Shown piece by piece: positions 18,991 through 29,150 of a DNA stretch of 64,000 nt. The stretch is taken from the sequence record DRR723986_5317; one strand, 5' to 3'. A program made the translations under genes and the position numbers. Numbering within the stretch: position 1 is the first letter of the stretch; the number at the start of each line of letters is the position of its first letter. The notes under the pieces were generated by a model that had not been told where the DNA came from, did not search any database, and worked only from the letters and a program-made list of their open reading frames with translations.

Positions 18991-19706
18991 TGGTGCTTTA
19001 AAAAAGGTTTAACCTCATTAAAAGGAATAACAAATTCAGTATAACCCTGAGCATAAGATGTGACTTCGTAAACGTTGTATAGTAGGATAAGACCTTCGTC
19101 GCATAACCCTATATTTTCTGGTAGATGAAATGGTTTTCCAAAGAAAAAATCTTCCATTTTTAAATTAGCGTCTTCATCATTCAAATTTTTGATAAAATAA
19201 GACTTTGCTAGATCAACAAACGATTCGTTATTTTCTAAAAAATCATTTGTTTCTAGAACGTGGCCTGTTTTTGCGTTTAGATTTAAGAATTTTATCTGGT
19301 CATTTCCATGTGCACCACCTTTATATTCATAAGTACCAATAGCGATTGAAATGATATCGTCAGATTGATAACTCACTTCGGTTTCAATACTTAATTCCCA
19401 AACAGGTTCAGCCGCATCCGGGAATTCTTCTTTAAATCTAAGATACTCAGAATTAAAACTGTTTAAAGCATCTCGCAAATCCATTACATTGTCAGAAGAA
19501 TTAATAGAGGCTATAATACTCTTTTCAATTTGTGAATTAACTATTTCACTTAAGGCTTTATCACCTTTTGCTTCATCATAATTTACTTCAATGTCTGTTT
19601 TAAAGGATTCATTTATAGATACAGACTTAAAAGTCACAGGTTCAAAATCGTTGTTACAAGAGGCAAAAAGAAGAATACTTAATATAAGTAAAAAATTTCG
19701 TTTCAA
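18987..19706 (-). CDS. DUF3298/DUF4163 (RsiV/PdaC-like) lipoprotein
   Basis: Lipobox FASC, Y.GGAHG, YNVYEV..YA.G. Confidence 0.8.
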   Translation of the reverse strand: MKRNFLLILSILLFASCNNDFEPVTFKSVSINESFKTDIEVNYDEAKGDKALSEIVNSQIEKSIIASINSSDNVMDLRDALNSFNSEYLRFKEEFPDAAEPVWELSIETEVSYQSDDIISIAIGTYEYKGGAHGNDQIKFLNLNAKTGHVLETNDFLENNESFVDLAKSYFIKNLNDEDANLKMEDFFFGKPFHLPENIGLCDEGLILLYNVYEVTSYAQGYTEFVIPFNEVKPFLKHH

Positions 19707-19853
19707 TTAAAAAAGAGTTATGTTAAACATTCAATAAAGGTATTGTATACATTTTAATAGAACGAATTATACTTTAAATTTGTTGTACACTGATGGTATT
19801 GAAACATCGTCTTTCTATTGCATTTAACTAAGTTGTTTTAACTATAACAAAAC

Positions 19854-20993
19854 ATGAAATTTAATACTAAAACAATACATGGAGGTCAGGAAAATGATCC
19901 TGCTTATGCTTCCGTAATGCCTCCTATTTATCAAACATCTACCTATGCGCAATCTACACCTGGTGGTCATAAGGGTTATGAGTATTCTAGGACGCATAAC
20001 CCAACCAGACATGCCTTAGAAAGTGCTTTTGCTAGCATTGAAAATGGTAAATATGGGCTTGCTTTTGGCTCTGGATTGGCAGCTATCGATGCGGTTTTAA
20101 AACTCTTGCAACCAGGTGATGAGGTTGTTTCTACTAATGATTTGTATGGTGGAACTTATAGACTGTTTACAAAAATCTATGAAAGTTTTGGAATTAAGTT
20201 TCATTTCATTGGTATGGAAAATGCGGATTGTATTGACTCCTATATTAATAATAATACAAAGTTAATTTGGGTTGAGACTCCAACCAATCCAATGATGAAT
20301 ATTATTGATATTGAAAGCATTGCTGCGATTGCTAAAAAACATAACGTACTATTGGCTGTAGACAACACCTTTGCTACACCTTATTTACAAAGACCTTTAG
20401 AATTAGGAGCAGATATAGTAATGCATTCAGTGACTAAATATTTAGGTGGACATAGTGATTTGGTCATGGGAGCCTTGATTGTAAAGGACAAAGATTTAGC
20501 AGATAGATTGTATTTTATACAGAATGCGAGTGGTGCTGTTTGTGGTCCACAAGATTCGTTTTTGGCTCTTCGCGGTATTAAGACATTACACGTTCGTATG
20601 CAAAGGCATTGCGAAAATGGTAGAGCAGTAGCAGAGTACCTAGAAAACCATCCAAAAATTGAAAAGGTCTATTGGCCTGGATTTGAAGATCATCCTAATC
20701 ACCAGATTGCAAAATCTCAAATGGATGATTTTGGTGGTATGGTCTCTTTTACCACCAAAGGAAACAGTTATGAGCACTCAATTAAAATAGTAGAGAATTT
20801 GAAAATTTTCACATTGGCAGAATCACTTGGTGGAGTCGAGTCTTTGGCTGGTCATCCTGCAAGTATGACACATGCCAGTATTCCAAAGCAAGATCGCGAA
20901 AAAATAGGAGTAGTTGACTCTTTAATAAGGTTGAGTGTTGGTATTGAAGATAAAGAAGATTTAGTTGCTGATTTAAAGCAAGCAATAGGATAA
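19854..20993 (+). CDS. metB: Cystathionine gamma-synthase/lyase (trans-sulfuration PLP enzyme)
   Basis: YSR..NPT, ETPTNP, DNTF, HSVTKYLGGHSD, AESLGG; -7 box TAAATTTG at 19775-19782. Confidence 0.88.
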   Translation: MKFNTKTIHGGQENDPAYASVMPPIYQTSTYAQSTPGGHKGYEYSRTHNPTRHALESAFASIENGKYGLAFGSGLAAIDAVLKLLQPGDEVVSTNDLYGGTYRLFTKIYESFGIKFHFIGMENADCIDSYINNNTKLIWVETPTNPMMNIIDIESIAAIAKKHNVLLAVDNTFATPYLQRPLELGADIVMHSVTKYLGGHSDLVMGALIVKDKDLADRLYFIQNASGAVCGPQDSFLALRGIKTLHVRMQRHCENGRAVAEYLENHPKIEKVYWPGFEDHPNHQIAKSQMDDFGGMVSFTTKGNSYEHSIKIVENLKIFTLAESLGGVESLAGHPASMTHASIPKQDREKIGVVDSLIRLSVGIEDKEDLVADLKQAIG

Positions 20994-21003
20994 TCAAACT
21001 CAT

Positions 21004-21049
21004 TATAAATAAAAAAGACCAAACATTCGTTTGGTCTTTTTTATTTATA
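21004..21049. terminator. Bidirectional terminator (21-bp perfect stem)
   Basis: TATAAATAAAAAAGACCAAAC-attc-GTTTGGTCTTTTTTATTTATA between convergent genes. Confidence 0.92.
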
Positions 21050-21059
21050 TCATATGTTT

Positions 21060-21848
21060 CTAATCTAAATAATAGATGTAACCAAAATTTAACCAAACTA
21101 ACCAATCATTGGCTTTATTTGAGTTTAGTTGGTGATTGAGACCGTCTGTCCAATTACTAAAAAAGTATTGAAATCGTAAATCTAACATTAAATCAGACAG
21201 AATAGTTAATTTATATCTAGTTCCAACACTAGTTACTACAGACCAAGTAGAACCGCTTTCATTACTTACAGATCCTGGTTCCCATCTTGAGTAAAAGTTA
21301 CTTGCATTGGCAATATTCATATCACCATAGGTTGTTTCAACACTTGGGTTAAAAGATACATAATGCGCACCAAGACTTACAAAAGGCGCAAATGAATATA
21401 CACCAGCAGAAAACGCTCTAATACTTCTAGGGAAATATTCTAACTGCATTCCAACATCCCAATTTTGAGCTTCACCAGAATGTGCCCTAAGTCTATCTGC
21501 GTCTGCACTTGTTCTGTCTTTATCTACCCATTTACCAAAATGGTTAAGTGTAGTTTTATTCCAAGCAATTTCACTTCTCAGCTTAAAATGATCATTAAAA
21601 TAAGTGTCTGTAGAATAACAATTACAGTCGGCACGGTAGGCAAAATTTATGTAATGAACTATTCCAATTCCAAATCCGGTATTACCAGAGTTTGTTTCGA
21701 AATCATAACGTATTCCAAAATCAGATTGATATGCAATAGGGCCAGTAATAACGCCTATTTCGTGTGAAAAGCCTAATTGAGAAAAACTAAGCTGCATTGC
21801 TAAAAACAAAATAAGGGTAACGAAAACTTTCTTAATGTTTATTGCCAT
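21060..21848 (-). CDS. Outer-membrane beta-barrel protein (THC0290_0291-like family)
   Basis: Signal peptide, amphipathic strands, C-terminal GYIYYLD; divergent from gdhA. Confidence 0.7.
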   Translation of the reverse strand: MAINIKKVFVTLILFLAMQLSFSQLGFSHEIGVITGPIAYQSDFGIRYDFETNSGNTGFGIGIVHYINFAYRADCNCYSTDTYFNDHFKLRSEIAWNKTTLNHFGKWVDKDRTSADADRLRAHSGEAQNWDVGMQLEYFPRSIRAFSAGVYSFAPFVSLGAHYVSFNPSVETTYGDMNIANASNFYSRWEPGSVSNESGSTWSVVTSVGTRYKLTILSDLMLDLRFQYFFSNWTDGLNHQLNSNKANDWLVWLNFGYIYYLD

Positions 21849-22067
21849 ATAATTCTAAAATTGAGGCTCTTGCCGAACAAATATATAAAAACTCGACGAA
21901 CTACCAAATAAAACGGATAAAATGCAGTTTTCTTGTTAGGGATAAGAATTTTATTGCAAATTGAAAGATTGAAAAATTTATTGAGAATATAAAAAAAATA
22001 TGTAGTTATTTTTAAAGATAACGTATCTTTGCGCCCATTAAATCACAATTTCTTAACAAATATATAA

Positions 22068-23411
22068 ATGAAAGACAAAATTGATGCATTTTTAGAACTT
22101 GTAAAGGAACGAAATGGTCACGAACCAGAGTTTTTACAAGCGGTACAAGAGGTTGCAGAAACGGTAATACCTTATATCGTAGAGCATGACATTTATCATG
22201 GAAAAAATATTCTTTTAAGAATGGTAGAACCAGAAAGGTTAATTTCTTTTAGAGTATGTTGGGTAGATGATTCAGGCGAAATACAGGTGAATAGAGGTTA
22301 TAGAATTCAGATGAATTCTGCTATTGGCCCTTATAAAGGCGGATTAAGATTCCATCCTACAGTAAATGCTAGTATTTTAAAATTCTTAGCTTTTGAGCAA
22401 GTGTTTAAAAACGCTTTAACAACACTTCCAATGGGTGGTGGTAAAGGAGGTTCTGATTTCGACCCTAAAGGAAAATCAGATAACGAAATTATGCGTTTTT
22501 GTCATGCATTTATGAGTGAATTATCTAGACATATTGGACATAATACTGATGTACCTGCCGGAGATATTGGTGTCGGTGCAAGAGAAATAGGTTTTATGTT
22601 TGGAATGTATAAGAAGTTAAAAAACAGTTTTACAGGTGTTTTAACAGGTAAAGGTCAATCTTGGGGTGGTTCATTAATAAGACCTGAGGCAACAGGGTAT
22701 GGAAACGTATATTTTGCTCAAAATATGTTAAGTACAAAAAATGATTCTTTCGAAGGAAAAGAAGTTGTCATTTCTGGTTCTGGAAATGTAGCTCAGTACG
22801 CTGCTGAAAAAGCGATAGAACTGGGCGCTAAAGTTCTTACTCTATCTGATTCTGGCGGATATATTCTAGATGAAGATGGTATAGATACTGAAAAACTTGA
22901 GTTTGTAATGGATTTGAAAAACGTAAAACGCGGAAGAATTAGCGAATATGTAGAAAAGTATCCAAATGCAAAATTCTTTAAAGGCGAACGTCCTTGGTCA
23001 GTTAAATGTGATATTGCACTTCCTTGTGCAACTCAAAATGAATTGAATGGTGAGGAAGCAAAACAATTAATAGATAACGGTTGTATCTGCGTATCTGAAG
23101 GTGCTAATATGCCGTCAACTCCAGAAGCTATACATGAATTTCAAATTGCTAAGATTTTATTTGCACCTGGAAAGGCTTCTAATGCTGGTGGTGTAGCTAC
23201 ATCTGGTTTGGAAATGAGTCAGAATTCATTAAGACTAAGTTGGTCTAGAGAAGAGGTAGATGCAAGACTTAAAGATATTATGGAAGATATTCATGATTCT
23301 TGTGTTGAGTATGGAAAGAATGATGATGGATCAATAGATTACATAAGAGGAGCTAATATTGCAGGTTTTGTTAAAGTTGCAGACGCTATGTTGGCACAAG
23401 GTGTAGTTTAA
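22068..23411 (+). CDS. gdhA: NADP-specific glutamate dehydrogenase
   Basis: GPYKGGLRF, GGGKGG, PAGDIG, RPEATGYG, GSGNVA; -7 box TATCTTTG at 22024-22031. Confidence 0.97.
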   Translation: MKDKIDAFLELVKERNGHEPEFLQAVQEVAETVIPYIVEHDIYHGKNILLRMVEPERLISFRVCWVDDSGEIQVNRGYRIQMNSAIGPYKGGLRFHPTVNASILKFLAFEQVFKNALTTLPMGGGKGGSDFDPKGKSDNEIMRFCHAFMSELSRHIGHNTDVPAGDIGVGAREIGFMFGMYKKLKNSFTGVLTGKGQSWGGSLIRPEATGYGNVYFAQNMLSTKNDSFEGKEVVISGSGNVAQYAAEKAIELGAKVLTLSDSGGYILDEDGIDTEKLEFVMDLKNVKRGRISEYVEKYPNAKFFKGERPWSVKCDIALPCATQNELNGEEAKQLIDNGCICVSEGANMPSTPEAIHEFQIAKILFAPGKASNAGGVATSGLEMSQNSLRLSWSREEVDARLKDIMEDIHDSCVEYGKNDDGSIDYIRGANIAGFVKVADAMLAQGVV

Positions 23412-23433
23412 TAAAATACATTTTATAAAATAT

Positions 23434-23467
23434 AAAAGCTTCCATGGGTTTCCAGGAAGCTTTTTTT
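23434..23467 (+). terminator. gdhA terminator
   Basis: AAAAGCTTCC(A)TGG-gttt-CCAGGAAGC followed by T7. Confidence 0.85.
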
Positions 23468-23535
23468 ATGACATATTATATGATTAACCATTTATTATCG
23501 TTAGTATTAAATATATTTGAAGAAACATTTTTTTA

Positions 23536-25920
23536 ATGATTAGAACAATTGTTAGAACACTATTAATTAGTCTTTGTTTTTCGGCTCTTGGTTATAGTCA
23601 AGACTTCTCTGTTTTATGGCAATCTCATTATTCATACAATGAAATTATAGATGTAGTAAATGCAGATAATAGAATATATGCAGCTGCGCAAAATGCTGTA
23701 TTTGAGTATGACACCTTAGATGGTGAATTAAGAACTATTACAACTGTCGAAGGTCTTTCAGGTCAAGAGATAACAACCATTTATTACAGTGAGATTTATC
23801 AATATTTACTTATTGGTTATGAAACAGGTTTGATTGAAGTCTATTCCGAAACCGATAGTTCAGTACTTACCATTGTAGATATTTTAGACAAACAGAATAT
23901 TACACCAGAAAACAAGCGTATCAATCATTTCTATGAAAATAATGGATTTGTATATATATCAACAGATTATGGTGTGTCAGTTTATGATTTAGAACGATTA
24001 GAGTTTGGTGACACCTATTTTATAGGTAATGGTGGTTCTCAAATAAAAGTAGAACAGGTTTCTATAAATAATAATGAAATATTTGTGGCCTGTCAAGACA
24101 ACAATGGGATTAAAAAAGCAGATTTAAGTAATCCAAATCTAATTGATTATCAGCAATGGTCGACTTTAATTGATGGTAATCATGTTACTATGAGTACCTT
24201 AAACAATAAGGTTTATTCTGTTAGATCTAATAGAGTCTTATATGAGATAGATGGTTCAAATCTTACGGCAATTCTAACGTTACCATCACTTCCTTTGGAT
24301 GCAGATGTAGCTAATTCAAATTTGATTTTTACTGCGACAAATGCAGCCTATGTTTACGATGAAAATATTCAGTTACTAAGTAGTTATTCACCAAATGAAG
24401 ACTTTGATACTAACTTTTCTGCTGCAACTCAAGTAAATGACAATGTATATATAGGCACTACTGATTTTGGTGTTCTAAGCATATTACTTTCTGAAGTAAA
24501 TAACTACACTCAAACAAAACCAAATGGGCCGTCTCGTAATGGTATTTTTAGACTGAATGCTACTACGGGTAATGTATACACTACCTATGGTGAGTTTACT
24601 CAGGCGTTAAACCCGTTTCCACTTACATCAAGAGGCATGAGTATTTATAGAGATGAGGTATGGGAAAATATTCCATTTGATAGTTTATTGGGAGCAAGGG
24701 AACTAAATGAAATTACACCAAATATTTTTAATCCTAATCAAGTATTTGTAAGCTCTTATAAAGATGGAATTTTAGAATTCAATGATTTTGAACCCACTAT
24801 TTTATATAACCAGACCAATAGCGGATTAGAATCTTTAATATTACCGAATAACCCAAATTTTGTTGGTATTAGAGTCTCTGGTGCAGAATTTGATTCGAGT
24901 GGTTTGCTTTGGTCATTGACTAGTAGAGTAGATAAGGCATTAAAGTCTTATAACCCAATGACTGGTGCATGGCAAGGCTACAGTTTTTCGAGTTTAATTG
25001 ACAATGCACTGTCAGACGAAGTTGGTTTTTTTGATATGGAAATTGATAATAATGGTACTAAATGGATTGGTTCCTATACTAATGGATTAATAGCCTATAA
25101 TGAGAATAAATCAAATCCTATTAAGAATTTAAGTACAGAAGAGCAGAATCTACCTGCATTGGGTAGAGTACAATCTTTAGCATTGGACGATAGAAATCAA
25201 TTATGGGTAGGTACTACTTTAGGCCTAAGAGTTTTATTTAATACAAGTGGTTTTTTTGAAGCTGCTAACCCAACTCTAAGCCAAATAATAATTCTAGAAG
25301 ATGGTATTCCAAAAGAGTTATTAGAAGATCAATCTATTACAGATATTAAAGTAGATGGCTCAAATAATAAATGGGTTGGTACAGCAGATTCGGGTGTATT
25401 TTATTTTTCACCAGATGGGCAAACAACGATTTATCATTTTACAGTAGATAACTCTCCTTTACCATCAAATACAGTAAATGATATCTCCATAGATTCAGAT
25501 AATGGTATTGTTTATATTGCAACCATTAAAGGGTTATTAGCTTTTAATTCTGGTGGCTCTAAGCCAGAAGAAACCTTAGACAATGCCTATGTTTATCCAA
25601 ATCCTGTAAGACCAGAATATGACGTATTAGGTTATAGCGACTTAAATGATATTAATAAAGGCATTAAAATTAGTGGATTAACGGAAAGCGTTAATATTAA
25701 GATTACCGATATTGAAGGTAATTTAGTGGCAGAGGCACAATCTAACGTTAATTTAAGATCCTCTAGTGCAAATTATAATTTTGCAATTGATGGAGGAACA
25801 GCTGTCTGGAACGGAAAGAATCTGGGAAATTCAGTCGTGAGATCTGGAGTCTATCTTATTCTTATATCAGATTTAGACTCGTTTGAAACTAAGGTACTCA
25901 AGGTTCTTATAGTAAGATGA
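23536..25920 (+). CDS. porZ: PorZ-like T9SS beta-propeller protein
   Basis: W..HYSY N-terminus, propeller repeats, VDGSNNKWVGT, YPNPVRP, CTD; upstream of recO. Confidence 0.85.
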   Translation: MIRTIVRTLLISLCFSALGYSQDFSVLWQSHYSYNEIIDVVNADNRIYAAAQNAVFEYDTLDGELRTITTVEGLSGQEITTIYYSEIYQYLLIGYETGLIEVYSETDSSVLTIVDILDKQNITPENKRINHFYENNGFVYISTDYGVSVYDLERLEFGDTYFIGNGGSQIKVEQVSINNNEIFVACQDNNGIKKADLSNPNLIDYQQWSTLIDGNHVTMSTLNNKVYSVRSNRVLYEIDGSNLTAILTLPSLPLDADVANSNLIFTATNAAYVYDENIQLLSSYSPNEDFDTNFSAATQVNDNVYIGTTDFGVLSILLSEVNNYTQTKPNGPSRNGIFRLNATTGNVYTTYGEFTQALNPFPLTSRGMSIYRDEVWENIPFDSLLGARELNEITPNIFNPNQVFVSSYKDGILEFNDFEPTILYNQTNSGLESLILPNNPNFVGIRVSGAEFDSSGLLWSLTSRVDKALKSYNPMTGAWQGYSFSSLIDNALSDEVGFFDMEIDNNGTKWIGSYTNGLIAYNENKSNPIKNLSTEEQNLPALGRVQSLALDDRNQLWVGTTLGLRVLFNTSGFFEAANPTLSQIIILEDGIPKELLEDQSITDIKVDGSNNKWVGTADSGVFYFSPDGQTTIYHFTVDNSPLPSNTVNDISIDSDNGIVYIATIKGLLAFNSGGSKPEETLDNAYVYPNPVRPEYDVLGYSDLNDINKGIKISGLTESVNIKITDIEGNLVAEAQSNVNLRSSSANYNFAIDGGTAVWNGKNLGNSVVRSGVYLILISDLDSFETKVLKVLIVR

Positions 25921-25926
25921 TAACCC

Positions 25927-26646
25927 ATGCTTACAAAAAACAATAGTATTGTTCTTTCAAAACTTAAGTATAAAGATTACGATCTTATCGTAAAGTGTTA
26001 TACTCAAGAACGAGGTGTTGTTAGTTACATCTTGAGAGGTATTTTAAAATCTAAAAAAAGTCAAACAAAAACGGTTTATTTTCAAGCGCTCTCTCAACTT
26101 CAAATTGAAGAGGTATTTAAACCAAACCAATCACTTCATTCTATAAAAGAAGTGAAGCTAAATTACATTTACAAAACACTTCATACCAATATTTATAAGA
26201 GTGCTGTGGTGCTGTTTTTATCAGAAGTATTGTCTGGTGCTTTAAAGGAGGAAGAAAAGAATGAAGACCTCTTTGATTATCTTCAAATATCACTTCAATA
26301 TCTAGATAATGAAGATCAGTTTTCAAATTTTCATTTATTATTTCTTTTAAAACTAACTCGCTATTTAGGATTTCAACCAGAGAATCTTAAAATGGAGTAT
26401 CCTTTCTTTAATTTAGAAACAGGAGTTTTTGAAGCACATAATCATGGGATATATTCGGTCTCAGGTGAAAATTTAACACTACTGAAATCCTTATTAGGCA
26501 TAAATTTTGATGCCTTAAATACAATTAAAATAAGTGCAAAACAAAGACGCGAGTTTTTAAATATGTTATTGTATTATTTTGAATTACATTTGGGTGGTTT
26601 TAAAAAACCTAAATCATTAAAAGTGCTTAATGACGTATTTAATTAA
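25927..26646 (+). CDS. recO: DNA repair protein RecO
   Basis: OB-fold N-terminus, LTRYLGF, KSLKVL C-terminus. Confidence 0.93.
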   Translation: MLTKNNSIVLSKLKYKDYDLIVKCYTQERGVVSYILRGILKSKKSQTKTVYFQALSQLQIEEVFKPNQSLHSIKEVKLNYIYKTLHTNIYKSAVVLFLSEVLSGALKEEEKNEDLFDYLQISLQYLDNEDQFSNFHLLFLLKLTRYLGFQPENLKMEYPFFNLETGVFEAHNHGIYSVSGENLTLLKSLLGINFDALNTIKISAKQRREFLNMLLYYFELHLGGFKKPKSLKVLNDVFN

Positions 26647-26684
26647 GCCAGTTATACAATCAGATTTAATGTAGAATAGTTGCA

Positions 26685-29102
26685 ATGAGGGACAGTATCT
26701 TATTCATTTTATGTGTTGTTTTTTTTCAAACATCGTTTGGACAGACAATTACAGTGTTAGAAGAAGGTACAGATGAACCTATTCCTGGTGTAACCATATA
26801 TAATCCAAGTAAATCAAAATCAGGTATTACAGATTTAAATGGTAAAGTGCCAATAGATCATTTTTACAAAGACGAAATCCTTTTTTTCCAGAACTTTCTT
26901 TACGAAAGAGTACAAACCACAAAAGAGCAGCTAAAAATTTCAAACTATATTCTTTACTTAAAACCTAAAGTAGAGGATTTAAAGCAAATAGTGCTTTCGG
27001 CATCGAAATTTGAACAAAGAAAGCGCGAAATACCTAGGCGAATAATTAGTCTGAATTCAGAAGACATAGTCATGGCAAATCCTCAAACTAGTGCGGATTT
27101 GCTGGAGAATTCGGGTAATATATTTATTCAAAAAAGCCAGCTAGGTGGTGGTAGTCCGATGATTCGTGGGTTTTCTACAAACCGTTTACTAATTACAGTA
27201 GATGGTGTAAGAATGAACAACGCTATTTTTAGAGGAGGAAATCTTCAAAATGTTATTTCTATTGATCCATTATCTATAAGAAATATTGAAATAATTCTAG
27301 GTTCGGGTTCTGTGGCTTATGGTAGTGATGCAATTGGAGGAGTTATGAGTTTTTATACTAAAAAGCCACAATTATCCTACAAATACAGCACCTATATAAG
27401 TGGTAGTTCTTTAGTGAGGTATGGAAGTGCCAATGGTGAAAAAACAGGTCATTTTGATTTTAATATCGGATTAAAGAACTGGGCGTTTTTAACTAATGTG
27501 AGTTACACTGATTTTGATGATTTAAGAATGGGTAGCCATGGGCCAGACGAGTATTTGAGAAATGAATATGTCATTAGAGAGAATGGAGAAGATGTTATTA
27601 AACAGAATTCTAATCCACAAGTTCAGAAACCTACGGCGTACAGTCAGTTAAATTTAATGCAAAAGGTACGTTATGAACCATCAGATAATCTCAATTTTGA
27701 TTTTGGTCTTTACTTTACCAGAACATCCGATTATCCAAGATATGATAGATTGATTAGACCTGGCGATGATACTACCTTACGTTCGGCAGAATGGCAATAC
27801 GGACCACAGCAGTGGTTTATGGCAAACTTTCAAGTAACTAAAACGAGTAGTAGTTCTAATTTATATGATAAAATACAATCTACCTTAGCCTATCAGAATT
27901 TTAGAGAAAGCCGAAGTGATAGAGATTTTCAATCTCCTTTAAGGGAAGTAAGAGAAGAAAATGTAGATGTTATTTCTTTTAATTTAGATCTAGAGAAAAG
28001 ACTCAGTACTAAAACAACAATATCTTACGGGTTAGAATATCTATTCAATAAAGTAGGGTCTACAGGGAAAGAAGAAAATATAGACTCCAACACGTCAGTA
28101 CCTAACGTAACTCGTTATCCTAATGGTGCAACCTGGCAATCAGTTGCTGGTTATGCGAGCTTAAAATATAAGCCAGTTAGTAAGTTTATTTTTCAAACAG
28201 GATTGCGATATAATCAAGTGCTAATAAACGCAGATTTCACTGAAAATAATGAATTTTTAAATTTACCGTTTAGCGATACAGAAGTAAATAGTGGTGCACT
28301 AACAGGTACTGCTGGGTTTACATGGTTACCAAGTCAGAGAATACAATGGAACTTAAATTTCTCAACTGCTTTTAGAGCACCAAATATTGATGATATTGGT
28401 AAAGTGTTTGATTCTGAACCTGGTTCTGTTGTTGTACCAAATAATGATCTTAAGGCTGAATATGCTTACGGTGGTGAATTAGGTTTTAAATACAATTTAG
28501 AAAATAAGTTCGTCATAGATTTATCAACGTATTATACGTTTTTAGACAACGCGCTGATTAGGCGAGATTATCAATTAAATGGCCAATCTGAAATTATTTA
28601 CGATGGTGAAGAAAGTAATATTCAGGCAATACAAAATGCATCTAAGGCATGGATTTATGGCTTTGAAATTGGATTAGAATATTACTTCAATGAGTCTTTA
28701 AAACTTAGATCACAATATAATATTATTGGTGGCACTGAAGATAATGAAGGTGTTGAAGTGCCAATAAGACATGTAGCGCCAAATTTTGGAAGAACTCATT
28801 TAATATGGGAAAATGAAAAGCTACTTCTCGATGCCTTTCTTGTTTATAATAATGAATTGTCTTTTAATCAATTAGCACCATCAGAATTATCTAAAGATTA
28901 TTTATCTGCAAAGGATAATAACGGAAATCCTTATGCTCCTTCATGGCACACTATCAATCTAAGAACACAATACAAGTGGAATAATAAGGTGACATTAACT
29001 GCGAGTTTAGAAAACATTACAGACCAAAGATACCGACCTTATTCTTCTGGAATTGCCGCTGCTGGTAGAAATCTAATTCTGGCATTGAGATATACACTAT
29101 AA
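26685..29102 (+). CDS. TonB-dependent receptor
   Basis: QKSQLGGGSPMIRGF plug, YGSDAIGG, FRAPN, ENITD..Y. Confidence 0.92.
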   Translation: MRDSILFILCVVFFQTSFGQTITVLEEGTDEPIPGVTIYNPSKSKSGITDLNGKVPIDHFYKDEILFFQNFLYERVQTTKEQLKISNYILYLKPKVEDLKQIVLSASKFEQRKREIPRRIISLNSEDIVMANPQTSADLLENSGNIFIQKSQLGGGSPMIRGFSTNRLLITVDGVRMNNAIFRGGNLQNVISIDPLSIRNIEIILGSGSVAYGSDAIGGVMSFYTKKPQLSYKYSTYISGSSLVRYGSANGEKTGHFDFNIGLKNWAFLTNVSYTDFDDLRMGSHGPDEYLRNEYVIRENGEDVIKQNSNPQVQKPTAYSQLNLMQKVRYEPSDNLNFDFGLYFTRTSDYPRYDRLIRPGDDTTLRSAEWQYGPQQWFMANFQVTKTSSSSNLYDKIQSTLAYQNFRESRSDRDFQSPLREVREENVDVISFNLDLEKRLSTKTTISYGLEYLFNKVGSTGKEENIDSNTSVPNVTRYPNGATWQSVAGYASLKYKPVSKFIFQTGLRYNQVLINADFTENNEFLNLPFSDTEVNSGALTGTAGFTWLPSQRIQWNLNFSTAFRAPNIDDIGKVFDSEPGSVVVPNNDLKAEYAYGGELGFKYNLENKFVIDLSTYYTFLDNALIRRDYQLNGQSEIIYDGEESNIQAIQNASKAWIYGFEIGLEYYFNESLKLRSQYNIIGGTEDNEGVEVPIRHVAPNFGRTHLIWENEKLLLDAFLVYNNELSFNQLAPSELSKDYLSAKDNNGNPYAPSWHTINLRTQYKWNNKVTLTASLENITDQRYRPYSSGIAAAGRNLILALRYTL

Positions 29103-29129
29103 AAAAACTCGCTTTGAAAAAGCGAGTTT
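29103..29129. terminator. Terminator between convergent genes
   Basis: AAACTCGCTTT-gaa-AAAGCGAGTTT. Confidence 0.8.
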
Positions 29130-29150
29130 AGAATATAATTTATTTTTTAT

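Noticed and set aside
19783-19853. SAM riboswitch upstream of metB
   Set aside because: Only a small hairpin (GATGGT...ATCGTC); no SAM-I or SAM-II consensus recognisable
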